This document shows positions 20,801 through 29,110 of a stretch of 64,000 nt of DNA, in pieces. The position numbers were made by a program, and so were the translations under genes. The notes beneath the pieces were generated by a model. That model searched no databases and was not told the origin of the DNA. It saw nothing but the letters and a program-made list of their open reading frames with translations. Origin of the DNA: Polyangiales bacterium (GTDB taxonomy: Bacteria > Myxococcota_A > Polyangia > Polyangiales > Ga0077539); contig JBGARZ010000005.1 in NCBI GenBank assembly GCA_044229975.1, positions 320,001 through 384,000 of the forward strand, written 5' to 3'. Within the stretch, counting starts at the first letter, position 1. Every line of letters starts with the position of its first letter.

Positions 20801-22235
20801 CGCGATGGCGATGGCGATCGGGGTGCTGCGCGACGGGGTGCTGCACCGGGGCTTCGACGTGGTGGATGGGGTCGAGTTCACCGAGTGGATGCGGCGCCAC
20901 GGGGCGTCGAGGGTCGCGCTCGATGGGGCGCTCGTGCGCGGCTGGCACGCCTTCGCCTTCGCCGCCATGCACGGCGAGATCGAACACTGGAGCATGAGCG
21001 CGGCGACGGCGCTGCGAACGCTCTTCCGCTGCGTGGCGACCTTCAAGGGAGCGTTCTTCTGGATGATGCAGGCGGGGATGGGCGACACCATCTTCACGCC
21101 GCTCTACGAGTGGATGACGAAGCGGGGAGTGCGCTTCGAGTTCTTCCATCGGGTCGAGGAGATCGACTGCTCGCTCCACGGCGTGACGACGCCGCTGGTG
21201 CAGCGCGTGCGGGTGGCGCGGCAGGTCGACCTGGCGCCGGGCGTGGAGAAGTACGACCCGCTGGTGCCGGTGAAGGGCGTCTCGTGCTGGCCCGCCGATC
21301 CGCGCTGGGAGCAGCTCGACCCGGCGCAGGTGGCGAAGCTGCGCGGCGACGGCACGAAGCCAGCCATCAACCTGGAGTCGTACTACGCCGACTGGGAGCC
21401 GGTGGCGCGGCGCGACCTGCTGCTCGGCGAGCACTTCGACCTCGTCATCGCGGGGCTCTCCGTCGAGCCCATGCGAACGCTCGCCCCGACGCTGCTCCAG
21501 CACTGCACGCGGCTCAAGACGGCGGTCGACGCCGCGCGCACCAACCAGACCATCGCGGCGCAGCTCTGGCTCGACGTCACGCCCGCATCGATGGGCTGCA
21601 AGACCCCTCCCTCCATCGGCGCGGGCTTCGCCGAGCCGCACAACACCTTCGCCGACCTCAGCCACCTGCTGCCGCGCGAGGACTGGAGCGCCGACGACGC
21701 GCCGAAGACCATCGTGTACCTGTGCGGGGTGTTCGGCGACGAGGTCACTCCGCTGCCGCCTCCGTCCGACCACGATTTTGCGCGGCGCAGTCAGCTCCGC
21801 GTCGAGGCGATGACCGAGTCGTGGCTGCTCTCCTCGTGGGGTCAGCTCTACCCGGCGGCGACCATCCCCGGCACCGACGGCATCCGCTGGGCGCGCCTGC
21901 ACGCCCCGGCCGGGCTCAGCGGGTCACAGCGTCTGCGGGCGCAGTTCGTCCGCGGCAACATCGACCCGAGCGAGCGCTACGTGCTGTCGCCGCCCGGGAC
22001 GGCCGCGACGCGCATCCGCGCCGACGAGGCGGGCTTCGACAACCTCGTGGTGGCGGGCGACTGGCTCTACACGGGGCTCAACGTCGGGTGCGTCGAGGCC
22101 GCCGTGATGGGCGGACTCCAGGCGTCGCGCGCGCTGTCTGGCTATCCCGCGGTGATCGTCGGCGATACGGGGTGGTGGTTCGGTCGGCCGGACGAGGCGA
22201 CGGCCGTGAGCGGGGCTACGATGACAGCGCGTTGA
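17844..22235 (+). CDS. Tandem-duplicated FAD/NAD(P)-binding oxidoreductase (two COG3349 / carotenoid-desaturase-like units in one 1463-aa ORF)
   Basis: Two sets of GxG Rossmann, QxGWRLGGKxASGR, EHGLH, MGDxI and AGDW...G.LEGA/VEAA motifs. Second unit starts near 20007. Confidence 0.85.
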   Translation: MTDARHRVLIVGGGPSALSTAWALTATADLRARYDVTVLQMGWRLGGKGASGRDLDRHARIEEHGLHIMFGFYDNFFRVMKETYAELGRSPDAPLATFADAFNPAESGTLEWYYDDVWRPITIGLPRNEAEPGTGTVYDSSGTYLWTLVAGAIGATLGAPTLERLQHLIFPFGKAWDRDPGGSVAAGLSDPLVTLFVDLLKALLDAASAVDRAAHELAPGLMALLSKAERAITTLVEHVVGGDSTAALALSFLDFGQALLRGILADRVLDPGGFERIDNEDWADWLVRHGMLDEHRDCPGVKFVYDAAFSYPHGGNKPRMAAGTAMRLLLRVGGTYKGAAYYKMQGAMGDVIIAPLYQVLAERGVTFRFFQQVTAVEAEGDRLARVRIQPQAVVSAGADRYDPLVTVKGVPSWPNRPQWDQLTGYPAAWRDDPSHFESYYADTPMLPETVLTQGVDFDTCVLATPIQCLPFLAPALCARPKWNAMVTSIQAVQTVAVQLWFKKTTHQLGWKGEAPLLSDFSDPLNTWCDMTQTLVREEWPTGSAPTSVQYFTGQQPGPTVCPPRSDRTFPARMKAEALDEVARFMDSQLTILLPGAGSPVAPHAVDGALVVDRYVRSNCEPSERCTLSLPGSNRHRMRADGSGIEHLRLAGDWLDNGLYAACLEGAIMGGLLCANTFDGVKQPLVGARFDDGDIDPAHGTRPPVTPERPAAPPWVARYRPSKKVKVAVLGSGVGAMTAVWGLLQSPFAERFEITVYQYGWRLGGKCASGRKMDAHARIQEHGLHVWTGMYDNAFRMMKTVYADLARPHDVPLSTWYDPSDKKRSAFWPHSAISLGEVSGAHPGLWQIEAPINRDTPGNGKLLDSPGAYLIELVEMVEEMLFGADFLARQQHEGGDGARGLLSSLVGAVDSLVKDKDPAKAAFRLRVGSHWARDLSAHIRRAEGLVDGAVEDAIELAQKLVRAFEREFVAIDAGDLDARHAFELIEFAMAMAIGVLRDGVLHRGFDVVDGVEFTEWMRRHGASRVALDGALVRGWHAFAFAAMHGEIEHWSMSAATALRTLFRCVATFKGAFFWMMQAGMGDTIFTPLYEWMTKRGVRFEFFHRVEEIDCSLHGVTTPLVQRVRVARQVDLAPGVEKYDPLVPVKGVSCWPADPRWEQLDPAQVAKLRGDGTKPAINLESYYADWEPVARRDLLLGEHFDLVIAGLSVEPMRTLAPTLLQHCTRLKTAVDAARTNQTIAAQLWLDVTPASMGCKTPPSIGAGFAEPHNTFADLSHLLPREDWSADDAPKTIVYLCGVFGDEVTPLPPPSDHDFARRSQLRVEAMTESWLLSSWGQLYPAATIPGTDGIRWARLHAPAGLSGSQRLRAQFVRGNIDPSERYVLSPPGTAATRIRADEAGFDNLVVAGDWLYTGLNVGCVEAAVMGGLQASRALSGYPAVIVGDTGWWFGRPDEATAVSGATMTAR

Positions 22236-24378
22236 GGGTGGCGCTGGCGGCGCTGCGGCCCGAGTCGACGGCGCCTTCGAGGCTGCCTGTGAGCAGGCGG
22301 GTGTACGTCCAGTCGCCCGCGACGACGAGGTTGGGGTAGCCCGTCTCGGCGGCGTGCAGGCGGTACTGCGCGGTGCCCGGCAGGATGGCCGTGTAGAGCT
22401 GGTCGGGACCGCTGTTGGGGCGCACCTGCACGGCGCACACGTGCAGGCTCGACAGGCTGTACGGCTGGAGGGGCGCGGCGGCGCCGGGCCAGAGCGTCCC
22501 GATGGCGAAGCGGGCCCAGTTGCCGGCGTCGAAGAGGGCGCGCTGGTGCTGCATGGCGAGCGCGGAGACACCCGCCAGGCGGACGGACTCGGGGTCGGCG
22601 GCGGGGTCGGCGGCGAGGATGCCGGGCGCGCCGAGGGGCCCGAGGAGGTGCGAGATGGCCTTGCAGTGGCCGTCCCAGTTCTCGGAGCCGAGCACCGGGC
22701 TGGGGTCTTCCCAGGTCGCGTACGGGAGAATGTACGACGAGAGGATGGGCGCCCCGCGGTGCCACCCGACGGTGGGCAGCTCACAGCGAAACCAGATGCG
22801 CAGCGACTGGGTCTCGATGCCGCCGACGTTGAGCACGGCCTCGCGCCAGCGAGCGTTGGCGGCGAGCAGCGACGGCGCGGAGAGCGGGTACATCGCGTGG
22901 CGCAGGGTCGTGACGAGCACGTCGAAGTCGACGCCGTCCTGGAGCACGACGTCGGGGCCCTTGCGCGGATACCAGGCGTTGTCCATGGCGGGCTGCACCT
23001 CGGGGGGCGGGCGCTGCGCGACCTCGAAGGGCTGCGGAATCGGGCACTCCGAACCGTCGGTCAGGACGGGCTGGAAGAGGCCCTGCCACATGCCGGGCGC
23101 GTGCGGCCCGGGCACTGGCGCGAGCTGCTCCCACAGCGGGTCGTCGGGCCACACGGCGCGGCCGGGGATGATGCCCTTGATGAAGGGGTCGTAGGCGAAG
23201 GTGCCGGCGGTGACGTCGGCCTGGCGTTCGAGCACGACGCGGGCGATGCGGCCGTCGTCGCCGGGGACGATGTCCCACACCCGGTGGAAGTACGCGAAGC
23301 GCACGCCGCGGTACTGGAGCGCGGCGACGATGGGCCCGATGAAGGAGTCGCCGATCTCGCTCCTGAACTGGTACGCGACCGAGCCGCGGTAGTTGAAGAG
23401 CAGCTCCAGCATGCAGACGAGGGAGGCGCCCGCGGCGGCGGAGGGCGCGTTGGCCGAGCCCCCGGCGAAGGCGGCGATGGCGGCGTACCAGACCTGCGTC
23501 GCGGCCGAGTCGACGGCGAAGGCTTCACCGCCGTGGAGGCGCAGCCACTGGCGGAAGTCGTAGGCGTCCATCTTCGCGAGCCCGGCGGGCGTGTACGCCG
23601 CGTCTTCGAGGGCGCCGATGAAGATGGTGAGCCCGAGCTCGGTGAGGATGAGCGCGCGGAGGATGTCCACGTCGAGGTCGGACAGCGGGCCGAGCACGTC
23701 GCGGGCGATGCCGCGCACCAGCTTCGCCACGTCGACCATGGCGCCCCACTCCATCGGGGTGATGCTCCCGAGGACGAACTTCTCGGCCTGCCCGATGGCG
23801 TCGCGCGCGAGGCGCTCGAAGGGGTCGGTGATGAGCGAGCTGATCTTCCCGAGGAGGTCGCTCAGCACGCCCCGCTCGGAGCTGGCCGCCGCGGCGCCGC
23901 GGCGCATGTGGCCGACGAGGTCGGGCTGGAGCACGCGTTCGAGCGAGGCGCCGAGCAGGCGCGCGAGGCCGTGGTGCATCGACCAGGGGCTGTGCTCCTC
24001 GGGGAGCTTCGGGAGGGTGATGGCCCAGTCGGTCCACCCGCACTGGTAGAGCTGCTTGAGCACCACGAGGTCGCGGGCGACGAGCTCGTCGGGGCCGTGG
24101 CCGAAGCGGGTGTCATTGTGCTCGGCGAGCACCGCGTAGGCGTCGGCCATGAGCGCGAGCGACTGGTGGTAACACCCGAACATGTAGTGGGTGCCGTTCT
24201 GGTTGATCCACTGCTCGGGGCCCACGCGGCCGCTGGCGCAGAGCCCGCCGGCGCGCCACCCCATCTGGTAGACGGTGACCTCCACCGACGCCTGGTGGGC
24301 GGGATCAGACAGGTGCCACGCGGTGGCGAGGCCCGACGGCCCTGCCCCGAGAATCACGACGCGACGACGTTCACCCAT
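22216..24378 (-). CDS. FAD/NAD(P)-binding oxidoreductase, third paralog of the same family
   Basis: LGAGPSG, QMGWRAGGLCASGR, IGDSFI and AGDWTYTRLLTGSLEGA. Convergent, with a 20-bp 3' overlap. Confidence 0.85.
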   Translation of the reverse strand: MGERRRVVILGAGPSGLATAWHLSDPAHQASVEVTVYQMGWRAGGLCASGRVGPEQWINQNGTHYMFGCYHQSLALMADAYAVLAEHNDTRFGHGPDELVARDLVVLKQLYQCGWTDWAITLPKLPEEHSPWSMHHGLARLLGASLERVLQPDLVGHMRRGAAAASSERGVLSDLLGKISSLITDPFERLARDAIGQAEKFVLGSITPMEWGAMVDVAKLVRGIARDVLGPLSDLDVDILRALILTELGLTIFIGALEDAAYTPAGLAKMDAYDFRQWLRLHGGEAFAVDSAATQVWYAAIAAFAGGSANAPSAAAGASLVCMLELLFNYRGSVAYQFRSEIGDSFIGPIVAALQYRGVRFAYFHRVWDIVPGDDGRIARVVLERQADVTAGTFAYDPFIKGIIPGRAVWPDDPLWEQLAPVPGPHAPGMWQGLFQPVLTDGSECPIPQPFEVAQRPPPEVQPAMDNAWYPRKGPDVVLQDGVDFDVLVTTLRHAMYPLSAPSLLAANARWREAVLNVGGIETQSLRIWFRCELPTVGWHRGAPILSSYILPYATWEDPSPVLGSENWDGHCKAISHLLGPLGAPGILAADPAADPESVRLAGVSALAMQHQRALFDAGNWARFAIGTLWPGAAAPLQPYSLSSLHVCAVQVRPNSGPDQLYTAILPGTAQYRLHAAETGYPNLVVAGDWTYTRLLTGSLEGAVDSGRSAASATLNALSS

Positions 24379-24435
24379 GACGGTGGTCGCGAGGGTGCCG
24401 ACCCCGCGCGCCGAACGTCAAGCTACCGGCGACGC

Positions 24436-24843
24436 TCACCCCTGGCTGACGCGGCCATCACCGCCGATGAGGATGCGCGGGCCCAGGTGGCCGGGCCGCG
24501 GCGACGCGACGGTCTCGACGGCGGCCTTCACCCTCGCGCCGACCTCGCGCACGTTGGAGCGCACGAGGCTGGCGATGGTGTACGGGCGGCGATCGGCGAC
24601 CACCCCTTCGACGTCGAGCCCGAGCGCGTCGGCGACGAAGAGCGAGCGCGTGAGGTGGAAGCGCTGGGTCACCACCACGGCGCGGCGCACCCCGGAGACG
24701 TCGCGGGCGCGGTAGAGCGTGTCGTAGGTGGTGAAGCCCGCCTGGTCCATGAAGACGTGCGCGGCGGGGACGCCCCCGGCTTCGAGGTAGCGGCGCATGG
24801 CGTTGACCTCGTCGTACTCGGTCGTGCCGTGATCGCCCGACAC
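24436..24843 (-). pseudogene. 5'-truncated SanA/YdcF (DUF218) family gene
   Basis: SGDH..YDEVNAM, DQAGFTTYDTLYRA, TQRFHL and RE motifs are present. An in-frame stop lies ~15 codons upstream, so the N-terminal TM helix and VLGA motif are missing. Confidence 0.7.
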
Positions 24844-24895
24844 CCGTTCATGGAGCGCACCGTACGGCCGTCGGGCGGAGAGGGTTCAACTCCGG

Positions 24896-25621
24896 TCACT
24901 GCGCGCGCGGCGTCGGCGTGGGGCGGGCGGCCGAAGCGACGAGCTCTCGCAGCGAGGCCATCCCCGCGCGCTCGGCGGGCGCGTCGTACGAGCGCGCCGA
25001 CGACGGGTGACTGAAGCCATGCGTCGCGCCCGCGTGGACGACGACGCGCACATCGGCCCGCCCGGCGAAGGCCGCGCGGACGGCATCGACCGCGGCCATC
25101 GGAACCACCGGGTCGACGGCCCCGAAGTGGAGGCGCATCGGGCAGCGCATCTCGGCCGCGCGTTCGAGGTACTGATCCATCCGGGTGCCGTGCCAGGTGA
25201 CGACGCCGTCGACGGCGCCGTCGGCCGCGGCCAGCAGCGCAAAGGGCCCGCCGAAGCACACGCCGAGCATCACGACGGCTCGCCCGGCCGCCTCTTCGCG
25301 CGCCCAGTCGATGGCCGCGAGGACGTCGCGGTAGGTGCGCTCGCGGTCCAGGGACTGGAGCCGCGCCATGATGCGGGGCATGTCGTCGTAGGCCGCCGCG
25401 CCGGGGTCGCTGCGGAAGAACGGGTCCATCGCGACGACGAGGCACGCGTCGGCCGCGAGCTCGCTCATCTGCGCTTCGAGGTCGGCCGCGACGCCGAAGG
25501 CCGAGGGCATGATGACCACGGCCGCGCCCGCACCGTTCGAGCGCGCGACCGTGAGAGGGAGCTCGCCGCCTTCGACGAGCAGGAGATGGCGGCCGATGCT
25601 CGCCGTGTCGGGGTTGCTCAT
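24896..25621 (-). CDS. Dienelactone hydrolase family protein
   Basis: GVCFGG, HFGAVDP and ATHGF catalytic triad motifs. Confidence 0.9.
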   Translation of the reverse strand: MSNPDTASIGRHLLLVEGGELPLTVARSNGAGAAVVIMPSAFGVAADLEAQMSELAADACLVVAMDPFFRSDPGAAAYDDMPRIMARLQSLDRERTYRDVLAAIDWAREEAAGRAVVMLGVCFGGPFALLAAADGAVDGVVTWHGTRMDQYLERAAEMRCPMRLHFGAVDPVVPMAAVDAVRAAFAGRADVRVVVHAGATHGFSHPSSARSYDAPAERAGMASLRELVASAARPTPTPRAQ

Positions 25622-25631
25622 CGGATCGTCT

Positions 25632-26159
25632 CTACTCCGTCGCCCGCTCGCGCCGCGCGACGCCCCAGCGCGCCGCGAGGTGACCCACCGCCATCGCCAA
25701 CGGGGTCAGCGCCAGCAGGCTCCACTGCCACCCCGTGAAGGCCCAGATGACCATCACCATCAGCCCGCCGGAGAGCATCCCGTGGCGGGCGTTGGTGCGG
25801 TCACCGCGGCGACCCACCACGTAGGCCCCGACGGCCACGGCCAGCAGCAGCGTCGACACCATGATGGCCGAGGCGCCGAGCTCGGCGACGCGCGCACCAC
25901 CGGGGTTGGCGGCCCGCTGACGAGCGATCTCGGCCACCGACGAGCCGGGGCGATACACACGCCCCAGCAGGCGCACCGAGAGCGCGGCGGCGCCCTGCGC
26001 GAGCAGCGCAAAGCCCACGATGGAGATGGTCGTGCCCAGCGGGATCCAGTGCCACGGCGGCGGCTCTTCGGCGGCGGGCGCATCGGGCGCACCGGGGGGA
26101 GGACCAAAAGCGGCGGGCGCCGTCTCACGCAGGATGGGGAGGTGTCGTCGGGTGCTCAT
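25632..26159 (-). CDS. Hypothetical membrane protein
   Basis: ATG at 26159; PPPWHWIPLG followed by about 4 hydrophobic helices. Confidence 0.65.
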   Translation of the reverse strand: MSTRRHLPILRETAPAAFGPPPGAPDAPAAEEPPPWHWIPLGTTISIVGFALLAQGAAALSVRLLGRVYRPGSSVAEIARQRAANPGGARVAELGASAIMVSTLLLAVAVGAYVVGRRGDRTNARHGMLSGGLMVMVIWAFTGWQWSLLALTPLAMAVGHLAARWGVARRERATE

Positions 26160-26256
26160 GGGCGGTCTCGATGTCCCTCGGGGATGCGCCGCGCACGCGG
26201 GGATGTCCAATCGCGCGCTTGCGGTACCCACCGGCTCTACACCACTCTCCGGGTCG

Positions 26257-28260
26257 ATGGGCGATCCCCTCGTCGATGACCTCCGCGCGCGCTTCGGCGA
26301 AGACGCCGTCTCCACCGACGGCGCCGACCGCAGCGCGTATGCCCACGACCTCTGGCCGCGGCAGCTCCTGTCGACCCGCGGCAACCTCGACCGCCCGCCC
26401 GGTCCTCGCGCCATCGTGTGGCCCTCGCGCCGCGACGACCTCTCCGCGCTCGTCGGCTACGCCCGCACCCACGGCGTCGGGCTCATCCCCTTTGGGGCGG
26501 GCAGCGGCGTGGTCGGCGGCATCACCGGAACCCGCGACACCATCGCCGTCGACCTCAAGCGCCTTCGCACCCTGCACTCCGTCGACCTCACGGCGGGCAC
26601 CTGCGTGGCCGACGCGGGCATCCTCGGCACGCACCTCGAAGACCAGTTGAAGCGCCGCGGCGCCACGCTCGGTCACTTCCCGAGCTCCATCCACTGCTCC
26701 ACGCTCGGCGGCTGGATCGTCACCCGCGGCGCGGGCCAGTGCTCCGGCCGCTACGGCAAGATCGAGGACATGACCCTCGCGATGGAGGGTGTTCTTGGTA
26801 ACGGCGAGCCCTTCACGCTCGATGCGCCGCGCGACGGCCGCGCCGACCTGCGCGAGCTCATGGTCGGCAGCGAAGGGCTCTTCGGCTTCGTCACGCGCGC
26901 CACCATGCGGGTGTGGCCCGCGCCCACCGACCACCGCGGCCGCGGCTTCACCTTCGGCACCATGCGCGAGGCGTGGGAAGCCATCCGCGCGATGTTTCAA
27001 GCGGGTCTGCGGCCCGCCGTCGCGCGGCTCTACGACCCCATCGACACGTACATCTTCCTCCAGGGCGCGACCTCTCCCTCGACGCACGCCCCGAAGACCC
27101 CCGAGCGCCCGTCGCCCGCCGCCGAGTGGCTGCTGCGTCGCGTGCTCGACGTGCCGCGCGCGGTCAACGCCCTGGCCGACCTTGCCAGCACCCGCGTGTA
27201 CACGCGCTCGTTGCTCATCGTGATCTTCGAGGGCGACGGCGACGACCCGCAGGCCGAGGCGCTCGCCCGCGCCACCTCGATCTGCATGGGAGGCGGAGCG
27301 CGCGACGAGGGCGATGGGCCGGTGCACCGCTGGCTCGCGCGGCGCCACGCGGTGAGCTACCGGCAACCGCCGACCTACGCGCGCGGGCTCTGGGTCGACA
27401 CCATGGAGGTCGCGGCACCGTGGTCGCGCCTCGAAGCGCTCTATGACCAGGTGCACGCGGCGCTCTCGCACGGCGGGCTCGTGATGGCCCACATGAGCCA
27501 CGCGTACCCCGACGGCTGCTCCATCTACTTCACCTTCGCGGGCGCGTCGCCCGACGACGCCACGGCGCGCGAGACCTATGACACCACCTGGGCGCTCGCC
27601 CTCCGCGCCGCCCACGCCGCCGGCGGAACCATCGCCCACCACCACGGCGTCGGCCGCTCCAAGCGCGGCGCGATGGCCCTGGAGTGGGGCGCCGGCCTGC
27701 GCTGGATCGACGCCCTCCGCCGCGCCGCCGACCCCGACGGGGTGCTCGCGGGCGGCCCGTTGATCGGCGGCGAGAGCGTTCCCGTGGAGGCGCCCGCGCC
27801 GGTGACGAGCGTTCGGGTGGACGTCGCCTCTCGACTCGTGGAGGCGCCAGTGAGCGCGACCGTCGGTGAGGTGCGATCGCTGGCCGCGGCGCACGGTCTC
27901 ACGCTCGACGGTGACGCCGACGAGACGCTGGCCGCCTGGGCGCGACGCTCGCTCGCGGCTTCGTTGCGCACGCCGCGCGACCCGGTCGATCACCTCATCG
28001 CGGGCTGGCGCGCGACGCTCCCCGACGGCGCGGGCGCGTGGTGGCTGGCGGCGCCGCGGCGCTCGACGGGGCCCGACCCGATCTCGCTGCTCCTGCACGA
28101 CGAGCGCTTCGGCGCGGTGCAGGCGCTCGCGGTGCGCGTGCACGGCGCCGACGAGACGGGCCCTGCGCGGCGCCCGCCGGGTGTCTCCCTCGGGAGCACC
28201 GACGATGCGGCGACGACGCAGTGGGTCGACCGCGCGGCGACGTTGCTGGCGAAGCCATGA
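26257..28260 (+). CDS. FAD-linked oxidase, alkylglycerone-phosphate synthase-like, with an extra C-terminal FAD-binding-like segment
   Basis: PFGAGSGVVGG, GHFPSS, STLGGWI, GSEG, DTME, HMSHAY and HHHGVG. Confidence 0.85.
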   Translation: MGDPLVDDLRARFGEDAVSTDGADRSAYAHDLWPRQLLSTRGNLDRPPGPRAIVWPSRRDDLSALVGYARTHGVGLIPFGAGSGVVGGITGTRDTIAVDLKRLRTLHSVDLTAGTCVADAGILGTHLEDQLKRRGATLGHFPSSIHCSTLGGWIVTRGAGQCSGRYGKIEDMTLAMEGVLGNGEPFTLDAPRDGRADLRELMVGSEGLFGFVTRATMRVWPAPTDHRGRGFTFGTMREAWEAIRAMFQAGLRPAVARLYDPIDTYIFLQGATSPSTHAPKTPERPSPAAEWLLRRVLDVPRAVNALADLASTRVYTRSLLIVIFEGDGDDPQAEALARATSICMGGGARDEGDGPVHRWLARRHAVSYRQPPTYARGLWVDTMEVAAPWSRLEALYDQVHAALSHGGLVMAHMSHAYPDGCSIYFTFAGASPDDATARETYDTTWALALRAAHAAGGTIAHHHGVGRSKRGAMALEWGAGLRWIDALRRAADPDGVLAGGPLIGGESVPVEAPAPVTSVRVDVASRLVEAPVSATVGEVRSLAAAHGLTLDGDADETLAAWARRSLAASLRTPRDPVDHLIAGWRATLPDGAGAWWLAAPRRSTGPDPISLLLHDERFGAVQALAVRVHGADETGPARRPPGVSLGSTDDAATTQWVDRAATLLAKP

Positions 28261-29105
28261 GCACGGCGGCGGACGACGGCGAGGGCGGCGAAGCCTTCAC
28301 GCTCGTTCGGCCGGAGGGCAGAGCGCTGCCGGTGCTGGTGGAGGTTCCGCACGCGGGGCTCGCGGTGCCGGACGAGGCGCGCGCGCTGCTGACGGTGGAC
28401 GACCGCGCGGTGCTGCGCGACGCCGACGCCTGGGTGGACGGGCTCTTCCGCGACGTGGCCGCGCTGGGCGCGACGCTGCTCGCGGCGCGGTGCTCGCGCT
28501 ACGTGGTCGACCTCAACCGCGACGAGACCGACCACGACCCGGGCTCGGTGGAGGGGTCGGCCCAGCCGAAGGGCAGCGCCCCGCGCGGGGTGATCTGGCG
28601 CGAGTCGGGCGACGGGGTGGTGGCGCTGCGGCGGCCGCTGACGGCGCAGGAGTTCGCGCGGCGGGTGGCGCGCTACCACCGGCCCTACCACCGGGCGCTC
28701 GCGAGCGAGCTGGAGGCGATGCAGGAGCGGCACGGTCGGGTGGTGCTGCTCTGCGCGCACTCGATGCCCTCGACGGGTCGCGCGCAGCTCGGGCAGGCGC
28801 CGCGGCGACGGGCCGACGTGGTGCCCGGGACGCGCGGGCGCAGCACGGCGGGCGCGGCGCTCATCGACGCGGTCGACCTGCACTTCCGCAGCGCGGGCTT
28901 GAGCGTGCGGCACGATGATCCGTACCGCGGCGGCGCGACGACGCTGCGCTACGGGCGGCCGGGCGCCGAGGTGCACGCGATACAGGTGGAGCTCAACCGC
29001 GACCTCTACATGGACGAGCGCACGCTCACGCCGAAGCCCGACGCGATGGCGTGGTTGCGAACGCTCTGCCACGCGCTGGTGCCGCGCCTCGCCGACGCGC
29101 TGTGA
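28257..29105 (+). CDS. N-formylglutamate amidohydrolase family protein
   Basis: VPHAG, SRYVVDLNR, YHRPYH, HSMPS, PYRGG and HAIQVELNRDLYMDE. ATGA overlap with the upstream gene. Confidence 0.9.
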   Translation: MSTAADDGEGGEAFTLVRPEGRALPVLVEVPHAGLAVPDEARALLTVDDRAVLRDADAWVDGLFRDVAALGATLLAARCSRYVVDLNRDETDHDPGSVEGSAQPKGSAPRGVIWRESGDGVVALRRPLTAQEFARRVARYHRPYHRALASELEAMQERHGRVVLLCAHSMPSTGRAQLGQAPRRRADVVPGTRGRSTAGAALIDAVDLHFRSAGLSVRHDDPYRGGATTLRYGRPGAEVHAIQVELNRDLYMDERTLTPKPDAMAWLRTLCHALVPRLADAL

Positions 29106-29110
29106 TGGGC

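Noticed and set aside
24844..24890. Selenocysteine read-through of the UGA upstream of the SanA fragment
   Set aside because: The sequence beyond the UGA runs into the hydrolase gene and shows no SanA-like residues. No SECIS is evident.
11175..25014. Very long antisense or alternative-frame ORFs (e.g. 11175-13799, 13763-17815, 17808-20366, 19424-22339, 22354-25014)
   Set aside because: These are shadow ORFs of high-GC genes. They have Arg/Gly/Ala-rich or motif-free translations and overlap well-supported CDS.
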